Below, piece by piece: positions 55,589 through 64,000 of a stretch of DNA of 64,000 nt. The DNA lies in the NCBI GenBank assembly GCA_029865605.1, contig JAOUGE010000005.1, forward strand, positions 338 through 64,337, given 5' to 3'. The notes below the pieces were generated by a model that did no database searches, had not been told where the DNA came from, and saw only the letters and a program-made list of their open reading frames with translations. A program made the translations under genes and the position numbers. The stretch is from Candidatus Berkelbacteria bacterium. GTDB taxonomy: Bacteria; Patescibacteriota; UBA1384; DTJR01. Position 1 is the stretch's first letter. Each line of letters starts with the position of its first letter.

Positions 55589-56885
55589 GACCACCCTAGT
55601 CATTTTAGCGGCGGGATTCGCAGCACGACTTGAACCCCGGACTCTTAATTTTCCCAAACACCTCCTTTCTCTGGGTAAGGAAGTCCTAATGGACCTTCTG
55701 CTTGATTCTCTCAAAGGGGTTAGAAAAGAATTTGGCCGGACGGTTTTGATAACTAACGAAAAGTATTATCCTCATTTTAGAAAATGGGCTGCGACCTCCC
55801 CTTGGGATATCGAAGTTTATTCTGACGGTGTTCGCCGAAAAGAGGACAAGCTCGGTGCGGTTGGCGATTTAATTTACGTTTTGGATCGAGCCAAAATTAA
55901 GACCGACTTTTTTGCTTGCACCCCAGATTATGTTATGGAAAATTTTGATTTTAAAAACTTTATTCGGTTTGCCAAGGTATCTTCTTGTTCGGCTACGATT
56001 GCCAAAGTCGAGCCGGACAAAGGGCTCATTAAGGCTGGTTCTTGTCTTAAATTCGATAAATGTTCGAAAGTGACCCATTTTGAGGAAAAGCCGAAACAGC
56101 CGTTTTCTCAATATTACGGTATACCTTACTATTTTATTAAAAGGAAAGATTTAGAAACAATCAGAGAGCTACCCGAAAAGCTTAGAGATAATTCTGGTCA
56201 GTTGGTGAAGATTCTTGTTGAGAAATCGCAGGTAGCCTGCCGGGTTTATGAAGGATTAAGCATCCACTTAACAACGGAAAGGGATTATCAGGTTTTAGTC
56301 AGAAGATTTTCCGCGCCGCTTATCGTGCTTGATTTTGACGGGACGATTTATGATGTTGAGAAGCTTAAGCATGATTTCCGTGCGGTTTCTGCCAAATATG
56401 ATCTTGAGTTTGATTCGGTTTATCGCCGACTTTCAAAACATAAGCCATTTAGTCTTGATCTTGTTGAGAAATACCTGAAAATTCCCCAAAAAGATAAAAT
56501 AAGTCTTATAAAAAAATATAGAGGATTGATTTCGCAAGGCAAAAAATATCTTTATCCTGATGTGGTAGGGCTAATTAATAAATTTCCCGGCCGGGTGGCA
56601 ATTTTGACTTACGGTGATACCAGTTTCCAGGTTGAAAAATTAATCGGCACGGGTATTTCTCATCTTTTTGATAAGGTTTGTATTACTCAAAAAGAAAAGC
56701 ACCTGTGTTCTGATTTTCTTGCGAAGGCAAAAATTATTGTTGACGACAGTCCGGTCAACCTGTTCAACATTAAAAAGCGGCGTTGCAAGGCAAAGCTTTA
56801 TTTTCTAGCGAGAAACAAGCAAAAACTTGTTCCAAGCGGTATAAAAGTAATTCACACATTAAAGGAGATTAAAAATGTCTCTTGA
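55578..56885 (+). CDS. Nucleotidyltransferase-like N-domain fused to a HAD-like C-domain
   Basis: Start set at ATG 55578 ([20 protein letters not shown]), overlapping the secA stop. The C-terminal half has [11 protein letters not shown], a HAD motif I. Confidence 0.55.
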   Translation: MADKTTLVILAAGFAARLEPRTLNFPKHLLSLGKEVLMDLLLDSLKGVRKEFGRTVLITNEKYYPHFRKWAATSPWDIEVYSDGVRRKEDKLGAVGDLIYVLDRAKIKTDFFACTPDYVMENFDFKNFIRFAKVSSCSATIAKVEPDKGLIKAGSCLKFDKCSKVTHFEEKPKQPFSQYYGIPYYFIKRKDLETIRELPEKLRDNSGQLVKILVEKSQVACRVYEGLSIHLTTERDYQVLVRRFSAPLIVLDFDGTIYDVEKLKHDFRAVSAKYDLEFDSVYRRLSKHKPFSLDLVEKYLKIPQKDKISLIKKYRGLISQGKKYLYPDVVGLINKFPGRVAILTYGDTSFQVEKLIGTGISHLFDKVCITQKEKHLCSDFLAKAKIIVDDSPVNLFNIKKRRCKAKLYFLARNKQKLVPSGIKVIHTLKEIKNVS

Positions 56886-57192
56886 AGAAATAAAAAAGAG
56901 GAGCAGAAGTCTGTTTGAAAGGTTTGAGAAAATAGAGCCTAGGCGCTGGACAGTGGAGGGCTCGGTGATGGAACTTGCTACCGAAGTCGGGGATTTGACA
57001 GAAGTGGTTTTACGTAAAGAATACTACAAGCAGAATATTTACGAAGATCTTGACTATCAAATCCGCGATGAGGTTGCTGACGTTTTATTTGTTTTGATGA
57101 GGATTGCTGACTATTATGGAATAAATCTGGATGAAGCTTACGAAGAAATGGAAAAACTGGTAAGTGACAGGCTGAAAAGCAGAGGGGTTTAA
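56875..57192 (+). CDS. MazG-like nucleotide pyrophosphohydrolase
   Basis: ELATEVGDLTE...EVADVLFVLMRIADYYGINLDEA matches the EExxE/D pattern. Confidence 0.7.
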   Translation: MSLEEIKKRSRSLFERFEKIEPRRWTVEGSVMELATEVGDLTEVVLRKEYYKQNIYEDLDYQIRDEVADVLFVLMRIADYYGINLDEAYEEMEKLVSDRLKSRGV

Positions 57193-58908
57193 ATGGTTTC
57201 GAATTCGGAGTTCGCTAAAATTTTTGAGGAGTTTTCCGAAATTTTGGAGCTGAAGGACGCAAATCGTTTTAGAATTGCCGCTTACCAGAAGGCCTCGCAG
57301 ACAGCTAAATCATTAGGAGAGCCGATTGAGCAAATTTACGAACGCGGAGGAGCTAAAGAACTTGATAATATTCCCGGGATTGGCAAAGGGATAGCTCAAA
57401 AGATTGAGGAGTATATTAAAACCGGGCGGGTAAAGGAGCTCGAAGGTCTCAGAAAATCTCTACCCAGACAAGAGGTTGAATATATGAGGGTACCCGGGAT
57501 CGGGCCAAAGACAGCAACGAAACTACACAAGGAATTTAGGGCGAAAGATTTAGCTGATCTCAAATCTAGGCTGGAAAAAAGCGGCTCGAAATATTTTAAA
57601 GAAAAAACATTGGCTAATATCCTGCGCGGGATTGAGGTGTACAAAGGAATGGGCGGAAGGATGCTTTTGGTTGAAGCCCGGGAAATAGCCCGCGAGGCAG
57701 TTGAATATCTTGAAAAGTCTCGGCTGGCCTCTAAAGTAACGCCCGTGGGGAGCCTCCGACGTTTTAAGGAAACGGTTGGCGACATAGATATTGTAGCTAT
57801 TGCTCCGGATCCTAAAAAAGCGATCGAGTATTTCTCAAAATTTCCGGGTGCGAAGGAAGTAATTTCGAAAGGCGAGGCGAAGGGAACGATTATTCATCGG
57901 CTTGGAGCCCAGGTGGATTTTGAGATAATGCCCGAGGAGTCGTTTGGCTCGCTTTTGCAGCATTTTACGGGGTCAAAAGAGCACAATATTCACCTGCGTA
58001 CATATGCCCAGGAGCACGGCATGAGCGTTTCTGAACATGGCATTAAAAAAGGCAAAAAGCTTATTAGATGTAGGACAGAGGAGGAGGTTTATGGAACCCT
58101 GGGGATGAAATATATCGAGCCGGAGCTTAGGGAAGACAGGGGAGAGATTGAAGCCGCCTTAAACGATAAGCTTCCGGAACTTATTGAGATGAAGGACATC
58201 AAGGGCGACTTTCATGTTCACTCAAACTGGTCTGACGGCAATGCTAAAATTGAGGATTTAGCCAGAAAAGCAGTTGAACTCGGCCATAAGTTTCTTGCGA
58301 TTTCAGACCATACCGTAACGCTTGGCATTGCCCGCGGACTCGATTCGAAAAGGTTTAACCAGCGAAGGCGAGAAATAGAATCTGTCCGTAAAAAATACCG
58401 CGGCCTCAATCTTTTTGACTCATGCGAAGTGAATATTGGCTCAGACGGTAGTCTTGATCTGCCTGATGAGGCAATGAAATATTTTGATGTTGTAACAGCC
58501 TCGATTCACTCTGGTTTCAATCAGTCCAAAGAGCAGATAACAAAGAGAATGATCCGGGCAATGGAGAACGCTTATGTTGATGTAATTGGCCACCCGACCG
58601 GGCGGCTTATTAACCGCCGTGAGGGATATTCGGCCGATTGGGAGCAGGTTTTTAAAACGGCAGCTCAAGAAAATGTGGCTTTAGAGATTAATGCTTCGCC
58701 AGATCGGCTTGATCTGCCGGACGGACTGGTTTTAAAAGCTAAAAAAATGGGGGTCAGGTTTGCGATATCAACCGACTCTCACTCACTTGAGCAGCTTAGT
58801 TTTCTTCCCTTTGGTATTTCTGTTGCCCGGCGCGGATGGTGCGAGAAAAAAGACATTGTTAATGCCTTGGAATTAGAGGAACTAATTAAGTGGCTAAGGG
58901 GCGGCTAG
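57193..58908 (+). CDS. polX: Family X DNA polymerase with C-terminal PHP domain
   Basis: HhH motifs (IPGIGKGIAQKI, VPGIGPKTA), the GSLRRFKETVGDIDIV nucleotidyltransferase motif, and the HVHSNWSDG PHP motif. Confidence 0.9.
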   Translation: MVSNSEFAKIFEEFSEILELKDANRFRIAAYQKASQTAKSLGEPIEQIYERGGAKELDNIPGIGKGIAQKIEEYIKTGRVKELEGLRKSLPRQEVEYMRVPGIGPKTATKLHKEFRAKDLADLKSRLEKSGSKYFKEKTLANILRGIEVYKGMGGRMLLVEAREIAREAVEYLEKSRLASKVTPVGSLRRFKETVGDIDIVAIAPDPKKAIEYFSKFPGAKEVISKGEAKGTIIHRLGAQVDFEIMPEESFGSLLQHFTGSKEHNIHLRTYAQEHGMSVSEHGIKKGKKLIRCRTEEEVYGTLGMKYIEPELREDRGEIEAALNDKLPELIEMKDIKGDFHVHSNWSDGNAKIEDLARKAVELGHKFLAISDHTVTLGIARGLDSKRFNQRRREIESVRKKYRGLNLFDSCEVNIGSDGSLDLPDEAMKYFDVVTASIHSGFNQSKEQITKRMIRAMENAYVDVIGHPTGRLINRREGYSADWEQVFKTAAQENVALEINASPDRLDLPDGLVLKAKKMGVRFAISTDSHSLEQLSFLPFGISVARRGWCEKKDIVNALELEELIKWLRGG

Positions 58909-59819
58909 ATTTTCACGTTCTTTCTGATTGAGAGCCAGCTTGAGCCGATGCCGATCACAGTACCGACGACGGCCTGAAGCAGGGTGATAAACCAAAAATC
59001 CTGATAATAAATCGGTACCATTCTGGCGACAAAGCGGGCAAAAATCGTGCTAGATGAAAGAGAAGCAGCGACATTTATCACCACGAAGATAACCAGGGTG
59101 GAGATAACCAGCCCAAACAAACCGTATAAGAACCCCTCAATTAAAAAGGGGATTCGGACAAATGAGTCGGAGGCGCCGACTAAGCGCATAATCTCGATTT
59201 CTTTTGATTTATAGGTAACGGCCATCTTAACGGTGTTAAAGACGACTAAAATCGCCACTGCCGTAAAGAAAATTGATAGGACAATACCGAAGCGCTCGAT
59301 AAACTTGGTCGCATTGTCAATATTCTCGATAATCAGCTTGTTGTCCTCGTAGCTAGAGGAATCAATATAGGGCGAGTAGACAGGGTCTTTGGTGAGAGCC
59401 GAAACATATTCGTACTCGTTGAAATCAACCGACTGGACTTGCAGCCCTCTCGGTAGCGGGTTGTCTTGAGGAGAAACTAGTTCTCTTACCTCGCGCTTGA
59501 CTGTCGTCCTGGCCTTGAATTCGCGCAAAGCATCTTCCTTGGAAATATAACGAACGGATTGGATATTGGGTTTAGCCAGAAGTTCGCTTTTAAATTCCCC
59601 GATCAGAGCATCGGTGGCCTCGTCCTTGAAGTTCACAACGATATCAACCTTTCCCTTTAGCTCGGCAACAATTTTGTTGGTCGATAAGGTTATGATAAAA
59701 AATGAGCCAATGGCGAGAAGAGCCAATGTCATAATCAGGGTGGCCGATACGCTTAACCAGCCGTTTCTAAAAAAGTTGATGAAGGCGGTCTTTAATATCC
59801 TCTCGATTCGAATTAGCAT
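58905..59819 (-). CDS. ftsX: Cell division ABC transporter permease FtsX
   Basis: Four-TM FtsX topology immediately downstream of ftsE. Confidence 0.8.
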   Translation of the reverse strand: MLIRIERILKTAFINFFRNGWLSVSATLIMTLALLAIGSFFIITLSTNKIVAELKGKVDIVVNFKDEATDALIGEFKSELLAKPNIQSVRYISKEDALREFKARTTVKREVRELVSPQDNPLPRGLQVQSVDFNEYEYVSALTKDPVYSPYIDSSSYEDNKLIIENIDNATKFIERFGIVLSIFFTAVAILVVFNTVKMAVTYKSKEIEIMRLVGASDSFVRIPFLIEGFLYGLFGLVISTLVIFVVINVAASLSSSTIFARFVARMVPIYYQDFWFITLLQAVVGTVIGIGSSWLSIRKNVKI

Positions 59820-59862
59820 TTTCTCCTAGCTTTTAACTTTTCACTTTCATCTTTTAACTTAC

Positions 59863-60558
59863 CTAGCACGTATACCTCCCTTGATTTTGATCGGAAACAA
59901 TCCTGCCCTGCTTCATCACCACGACCCTTTTTCTCATTCGGTCAACCAAGTCCTTATTGTGGGTAGCCAAAAGCACTGTCGTGCCTTGGCAGTTTATCTT
60001 CTCTAGTATGTCGGCAACCTCGCGGCTGGCCTGCGGATCGAGATTGCCAGTTGGCTCATCGGCAATTAAAATCTTAGGCAAATTAACTAAAGCCCGGGCA
60101 ATCGAGACCCTCTGGGCTTCTCCCCCCGAAAGCTGGTCGGGATAGGCCTTTTCTTTGCCGGACAAGTTGACTGCCGACAGGACTCTCGGGATTCTCCGCT
60201 GGATATCTTCGTCGCTTACATCCGAGACCTCGAGGGCATAGGCTATGTTTTCCCAAACCGAGCGGGTCGGGAGGAGCTTATAATCTTGAAAGACTATGCC
60301 GATATTTCTTCTATAATAAGGTAACTCCCGCGGGGCAAGGCGAGTGATGTCCCGTCCGGCAACTCTAATCTTGCCCGAATCGGGTTTTTCTTCTCTGATT
60401 ATTAGGCGCACTAAAGTTGATTTACCAGCGCCGGACGGTCCAACTAAAATTACAAACTCTCCCGGATAGATATCGAGCTTTACTCCATCCAAGGCCTTGT
60501 TCTTTCCATAAACCTTGGCAACATCGCGAACCTCAATTATAGGTTTTTTTTCTTCCAA
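59863..60558 (-). CDS. ftsE: Cell division ATP-binding protein FtsE
   Basis: GPSGAGKST, LSGGEAQRV, and ILIADEPTGNLD motifs. Confidence 0.9.
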   Translation of the reverse strand: MEEKKPIIEVRDVAKVYGKNKALDGVKLDIYPGEFVILVGPSGAGKSTLVRLIIREEKPDSGKIRVAGRDITRLAPRELPYYRRNIGIVFQDYKLLPTRSVWENIAYALEVSDVSDEDIQRRIPRVLSAVNLSGKEKAYPDQLSGGEAQRVSIARALVNLPKILIADEPTGNLDPQASREVADILEKINCQGTTVLLATHNKDLVDRMRKRVVVMKQGRIVSDQNQGRYTC

Positions 60559-60665
60559 AACTTGCCTCCTTAAAACCTTTCCTTCCTTATTTTAACAAAA
60601 AGACTGCGAATACCAAATTTGGCCGAGGGATTTGCAAATTCTAGAATTGTTGCTATAGTTAAGAC

Positions 60666-61844
60666 ATGAAAAAAATGAGGGGAATAAAGGGTCTCATGCT
60701 TTTGTCTTCCGCAATGCTTCTGGCGGGACTGACTTTTTATCCTGCTTTAGCCTCTACTTTGGATGATCTTTATAAACAAAAAGAGGAGCTTCAGCAGGAG
60801 CAACAGAAATATCAAAGTGCAGCGGGGAATAAGGAAAAAGAAGCTAAAACAATTGCTGCCCAAATTGCCCAGATTGAATCAGATATTAAAAAGACTGAAG
60901 CGGAGATCCAAAATACCTCTAGTCAAATTACTGATGTGACAGCTCGGCTTGATCAGCTTAATAAGGATATTGAGGTCAAAAACGCTGAACTTGTTGTTTT
61001 AAAACAAAAGCTGAATAGTGCCATAGTTGAGATTTACCGTTCCTCGTCAAGATCCGACTGGGAGCTTTTGTTCGGCTTTAATTCCCTTTCCGATGCGGTT
61101 AATCAAACGAAATACGTTGAGTCAGTCGAGTCTCAAGCTAAGTCCTACCATGATCAAACCCAGAAAGTTAAAAGCGAGCTTGATGCCCAGAAATCCGAAG
61201 CCGAGAAGAAGAAAGCAGAACTGGATTCTCTTAAAAGCCAGCAAGAGGCTTATAAGAGAAGCAGTGAATCCCAAGTTGCTTATAAAGATCGCCTGCTTGG
61301 TTTGACTAAGGATCAGGAACAAGATTATCTTGATAAGGCTGATGCCGCAAGAAAAGAAGCCGCCTCGGTTGAGAACCAGATCAGAAGAATTCTTTCTTCC
61401 CGAAGCAGAAGGGCGGATGGCACTTTCGGTGATGGGCCCGGTGTTGGCAGCCGCGTTAGCCGAGGGGAGTATGTTGGAACGCAGGGCTCGACCGGGGCTT
61501 CAAGCGGTGATCACGTTCATTTTGAGGTAGATTTGACTGCTCCGGCGCGGGGGTGGACTAGCCCTTGGCCGTATATCAATAGTGGAATGTTAAGCTGGCC
61601 GCTTAGAAATTTTGTTATTACACAAGACTATGGTTGTACTGAATTTGCTGATTGCGGTAATCCCAGAGGACCATATGGCGGTGGTCCCCATATGGGAATT
61701 GATATCGCCGGCCCGATCGGCTCTCCCGTTCTCGCTCCGGCTGATGGCCTCGTTGTTTTAAATGAATACTTCGGTGGTTATGGTAATGCCTGGGCAATGA
61801 AAGTTGACAACGGTCCTTATGTCCTCCTCGGCCACTTGCGGTAA
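60666..61844 (+). CDS. M23 peptidase with N-terminal coiled coil (EnvC-like)
   Basis: Signal peptide, long coiled coil, and HVHFEV / HMGIDIAGPIGSPV LytM motifs. Divergent from ftsEX. Confidence 0.8.
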   Translation: MKKMRGIKGLMLLSSAMLLAGLTFYPALASTLDDLYKQKEELQQEQQKYQSAAGNKEKEAKTIAAQIAQIESDIKKTEAEIQNTSSQITDVTARLDQLNKDIEVKNAELVVLKQKLNSAIVEIYRSSSRSDWELLFGFNSLSDAVNQTKYVESVESQAKSYHDQTQKVKSELDAQKSEAEKKKAELDSLKSQQEAYKRSSESQVAYKDRLLGLTKDQEQDYLDKADAARKEAASVENQIRRILSSRSRRADGTFGDGPGVGSRVSRGEYVGTQGSTGASSGDHVHFEVDLTAPARGWTSPWPYINSGMLSWPLRNFVITQDYGCTEFADCGNPRGPYGGGPHMGIDIAGPIGSPVLAPADGLVVLNEYFGGYGNAWAMKVDNGPYVLLGHLR

Positions 61845-61871
61845 TCTTTATCTATCCTGTATTATTGAGAT

Positions 61872-64000
61872 ATGAAGCGAAAGCTCACCATAATTTTTTC
61901 GGTGCTGGCTCTTGTTCTAGTTGCTTCTGTCGCTTTTGGCGTAAGGGGAGGGGGGTTCTCCAGGATTTTAGCTGATGTTTTGAACGATGTCCCCGGCAAG
62001 GTTGACATTTTCGCCAAAGATAATCAAAACCACCCCCTGGGTGGCGTTAGTGTTAACACGAGCCTAGATAACGACAGCTACTTTTATGTCGGGATGACCG
62101 ATGACACCGGCCATTTGATTTTTAATGAGCCGGATTTTACTAGCCGCACCCGCTATTTCAAGGTGGATTTTCCAATGTATTCCTCGTCGCCGGAGGTTGT
62201 CCAAGTTAACACAGCTAAAAATACGACGAGGAATGCGAATTTTGTTCTAACTCCAATTTCGGGCACGGGGTCAGTCAGCGGTAAAATCACGATCTATAAT
62301 CCGGGTGGGGCTGACAACGGCAACCCTCTCTCTTCGGCAACGGTAAGAATTATAAATAGCACTGGCTCGGAAAAGGGGAGAACAACCTCGGCGGCCGACG
62401 GGCGCTACCAAATTAACAATATTCCCGAGGGGACGGGTTATGCTGTTTATGCTTCCAAATCAGGTTATGAGCAAAATTCTCGTCAGGGTATTAATATTGT
62501 CGCGAATCAAACGCTTCAAGATCAAAACCTTGGCCTTGTTCCTTCTGCTCGGCCCTCGCCGAGCCCCAGGGCTTCGCCGTCCGCCTCGGCCTCGGCTTCT
62601 TCAATCCCGCAGACCGCTCGAGTGGACTTGAATGTGAGAGTGTTTGATGCGTCTACTAATAAAAATATTTCTGGTCTTCCGGTTATTTTAGATAGTGCTC
62701 TTACAAGTAGCGTCGAGAAAATCACTAATTTGAATCAATACAATGCTGTCTTTGCCGATGTGCAGGCAGGACGTCACACCTTATCTGTTAACCCTCCTTC
62801 TCATCCAAATTATAATTCTAAATATGAGTACAAGTTTGTTGCCGCCCTCGAGGTTAAAAATGAAGTAGCTGGTATTCCGGCTGGTCAGGACGGTAGGCAA
62901 TATCTCGAGGTTGGCTTGAGCCAGAGAAGCGCTTACGAGATTCTGACGGTGATTGGGAAGATTACAGACGAAAGCAGCAATCCGATTTCTGGGGCTAGGG
63001 TTAAGGTTTTCTGCAGCGGTGACGATCTTTGCGGCCTCGTTCCGCAGGAGGGGATCTCGTCTAGCAGTTTCAACCGCATTGATAGAAAACCCGAGTATGA
63101 ATATAATTACCTGATTCGTAACGTCTATAACGCCCCGCGGATGATTAATCGTTCCCTTAGAGTTGTTGTGGAAAAGGACGGTTATATTTTGGATACTAAC
63201 AATAATAACCGCGACGATTTTGAAGAAGGGTTCCAGTTTAACATTAATCCCGGGGAAAGCTCGGTTTATGTCGCTAGTCTTAACTCCTGCATTGCGGTTG
63301 AATCTTTTACGATGAAGGAAATACCGGGTTATAAATTCTCTATTGCTGGAAAGGTTACGAATGTAAAAAATGGTCAGCTAGTGGGCGGCATTACAGTCGC
63401 GGTGAGGTTTGGCTCCGATGTTTCAAAGGATAATCTTCTATCTATGAAGATCGGTGGCAATAAATTCGCTAATTACTTCATCAAAGACGTTAAAAACGAG
63501 AGTGGTACTTCAAGCGTTTGGATCTCTGCTGTCAGCCCTGAAGGATGCAAGCTTAATTATAAGCCCGGGGATGAACTCCGGGGTGAATTGGAAATTGGGA
63601 AAGATATTGTCTTTAATCAGGAGCTTGAGATATGGCTCGGGATTGTAGATATCGAGATGGATTGCGGCGACAAATATATCTGGAGTGTCAAAGAAAATAA
63701 TTCCGGCAAATCTATTCCCGGAGCGAAGATAGAGCTAGGCGACCCAGGAGTAAGTTTTAGCCTCACGGCAACAACAGGTGCGGACGGGCTTGCGGTAATT
63801 GATCCGGGACGCATTGTCTCGTATTGCTCAAAGAGAGCCGGCGATTCTCTGTATCGGCTTATAGTCAAAATCAGCGCAAGCGGCCATATATCGAAAGTTG
63901 TTGTAGCCGATTTATCTTTCTGCGGTTCGGCGAAGGAGCCAAAAACTTTCTTTCTTGATAAAGCTGTCTCCTCAGTTGCCGAAGCCGTTCTTCTCGGTAG
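61872..64000 (+). CDS. Large surface protein with carboxypeptidase-regulatory-like (Ig/beta-sandwich) repeats, 3' end cut by window edge
   Basis: The frame from ATG 61872 is open to the end of the window; it is not in the ORF track because no stop is reached. N-terminal TM/signal segment. Repeated motif ...G.V......A.V......G.....T.ADG.Y.I..IP.G.Y... A P/S/A linker lies at about 62540-62600. Confidence 0.7.
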   Translation, partial: MKRKLTIIFSVLALVLVASVAFGVRGGGFSRILADVLNDVPGKVDIFAKDNQNHPLGGVSVNTSLDNDSYFYVGMTDDTGHLIFNEPDFTSRTRYFKVDFPMYSSSPEVVQVNTAKNTTRNANFVLTPISGTGSVSGKITIYNPGGADNGNPLSSATVRIINSTGSEKGRTTSAADGRYQINNIPEGTGYAVYASKSGYEQNSRQGINIVANQTLQDQNLGLVPSARPSPSPRASPSASASASSIPQTARVDLNVRVFDASTNKNISGLPVILDSALTSSVEKITNLNQYNAVFADVQAGRHTLSVNPPSHPNYNSKYEYKFVAALEVKNEVAGIPAGQDGRQYLEVGLSQRSAYEILTVIGKITDESSNPISGARVKVFCSGDDLCGLVPQEGISSSSFNRIDRKPEYEYNYLIRNVYNAPRMINRSLRVVVEKDGYILDTNNNNRDDFEEGFQFNINPGESSVYVASLNSCIAVESFTMKEIPGYKFSIAGKVTNVKNGQLVGGITVAVRFGSDVSKDNLLSMKIGGNKFANYFIKDVKNESGTSSVWISAVSPEGCKLNYKPGDELRGELEIGKDIVFNQELEIWLGIVDIEMDCGDKYIWSVKENNSGKSIPGAKIELGDPGVSFSLTATTGADGLAVIDPGRIVSYCSKRAGDSLYRLIVKISASGHISKVVVADLSFCGSAKEPKTFFLDKAVSSVAEAVLLG

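Overview
The gene content and style suggest a chromosomal segment from a small-genome, low-GC, Patescibacteria/CPR-like bacterium; this is inference, since no database search was possible. Coding content is mostly housekeeping. It includes a type IV pilus operon (pilC, pilD, two major-pilin-like and four minor-pilin-like genes), two sortases, ftsH, pcrA, rsmA, miaA, comM, secG, rpsA, nrnA, alaS, ftsA, ruvX, mltG, mreBCD-mrdA, greA, serS, hpf, secA, polX, ftsEX with an M23 peptidase, and a large partial surface protein. There are nine intact tRNA genes and two tRNA fragments. No transposase, integrase, reverse transcriptase, CRISPR array or rRNA was seen.

The most unusual signals are non-coding:
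1. A modular, structured element of about 120-200 nt occurs in seven copies directly 3' of six of the nine tRNAs. Each copy carries a bipartite antisense copy of its own tRNA's CCA end and T-loop, two hairpins with compensatory stem changes, conserved junction motifs, and an exact 21-30 nt repeat of that tRNA from C56 to CCA.
2. A tRNA-Leu(CAG) gene is nested inside the T-loop region of a second, split tRNA-Leu(CAG). The two halves of the outer gene carry hairpins with perfectly complementary 7-nt loops.
3. A 5'-half paralog of tRNA-Cys lies next to a GIY-YIG gene.
4. At least six visibly GC-rich one- or two-gene islets sit in intergenic gaps. One has a probable frameshift.
5. Two related GC-rich structured intergenic regions follow mrdA and greA.

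Mechanisms and functions for all of these are hypotheses.
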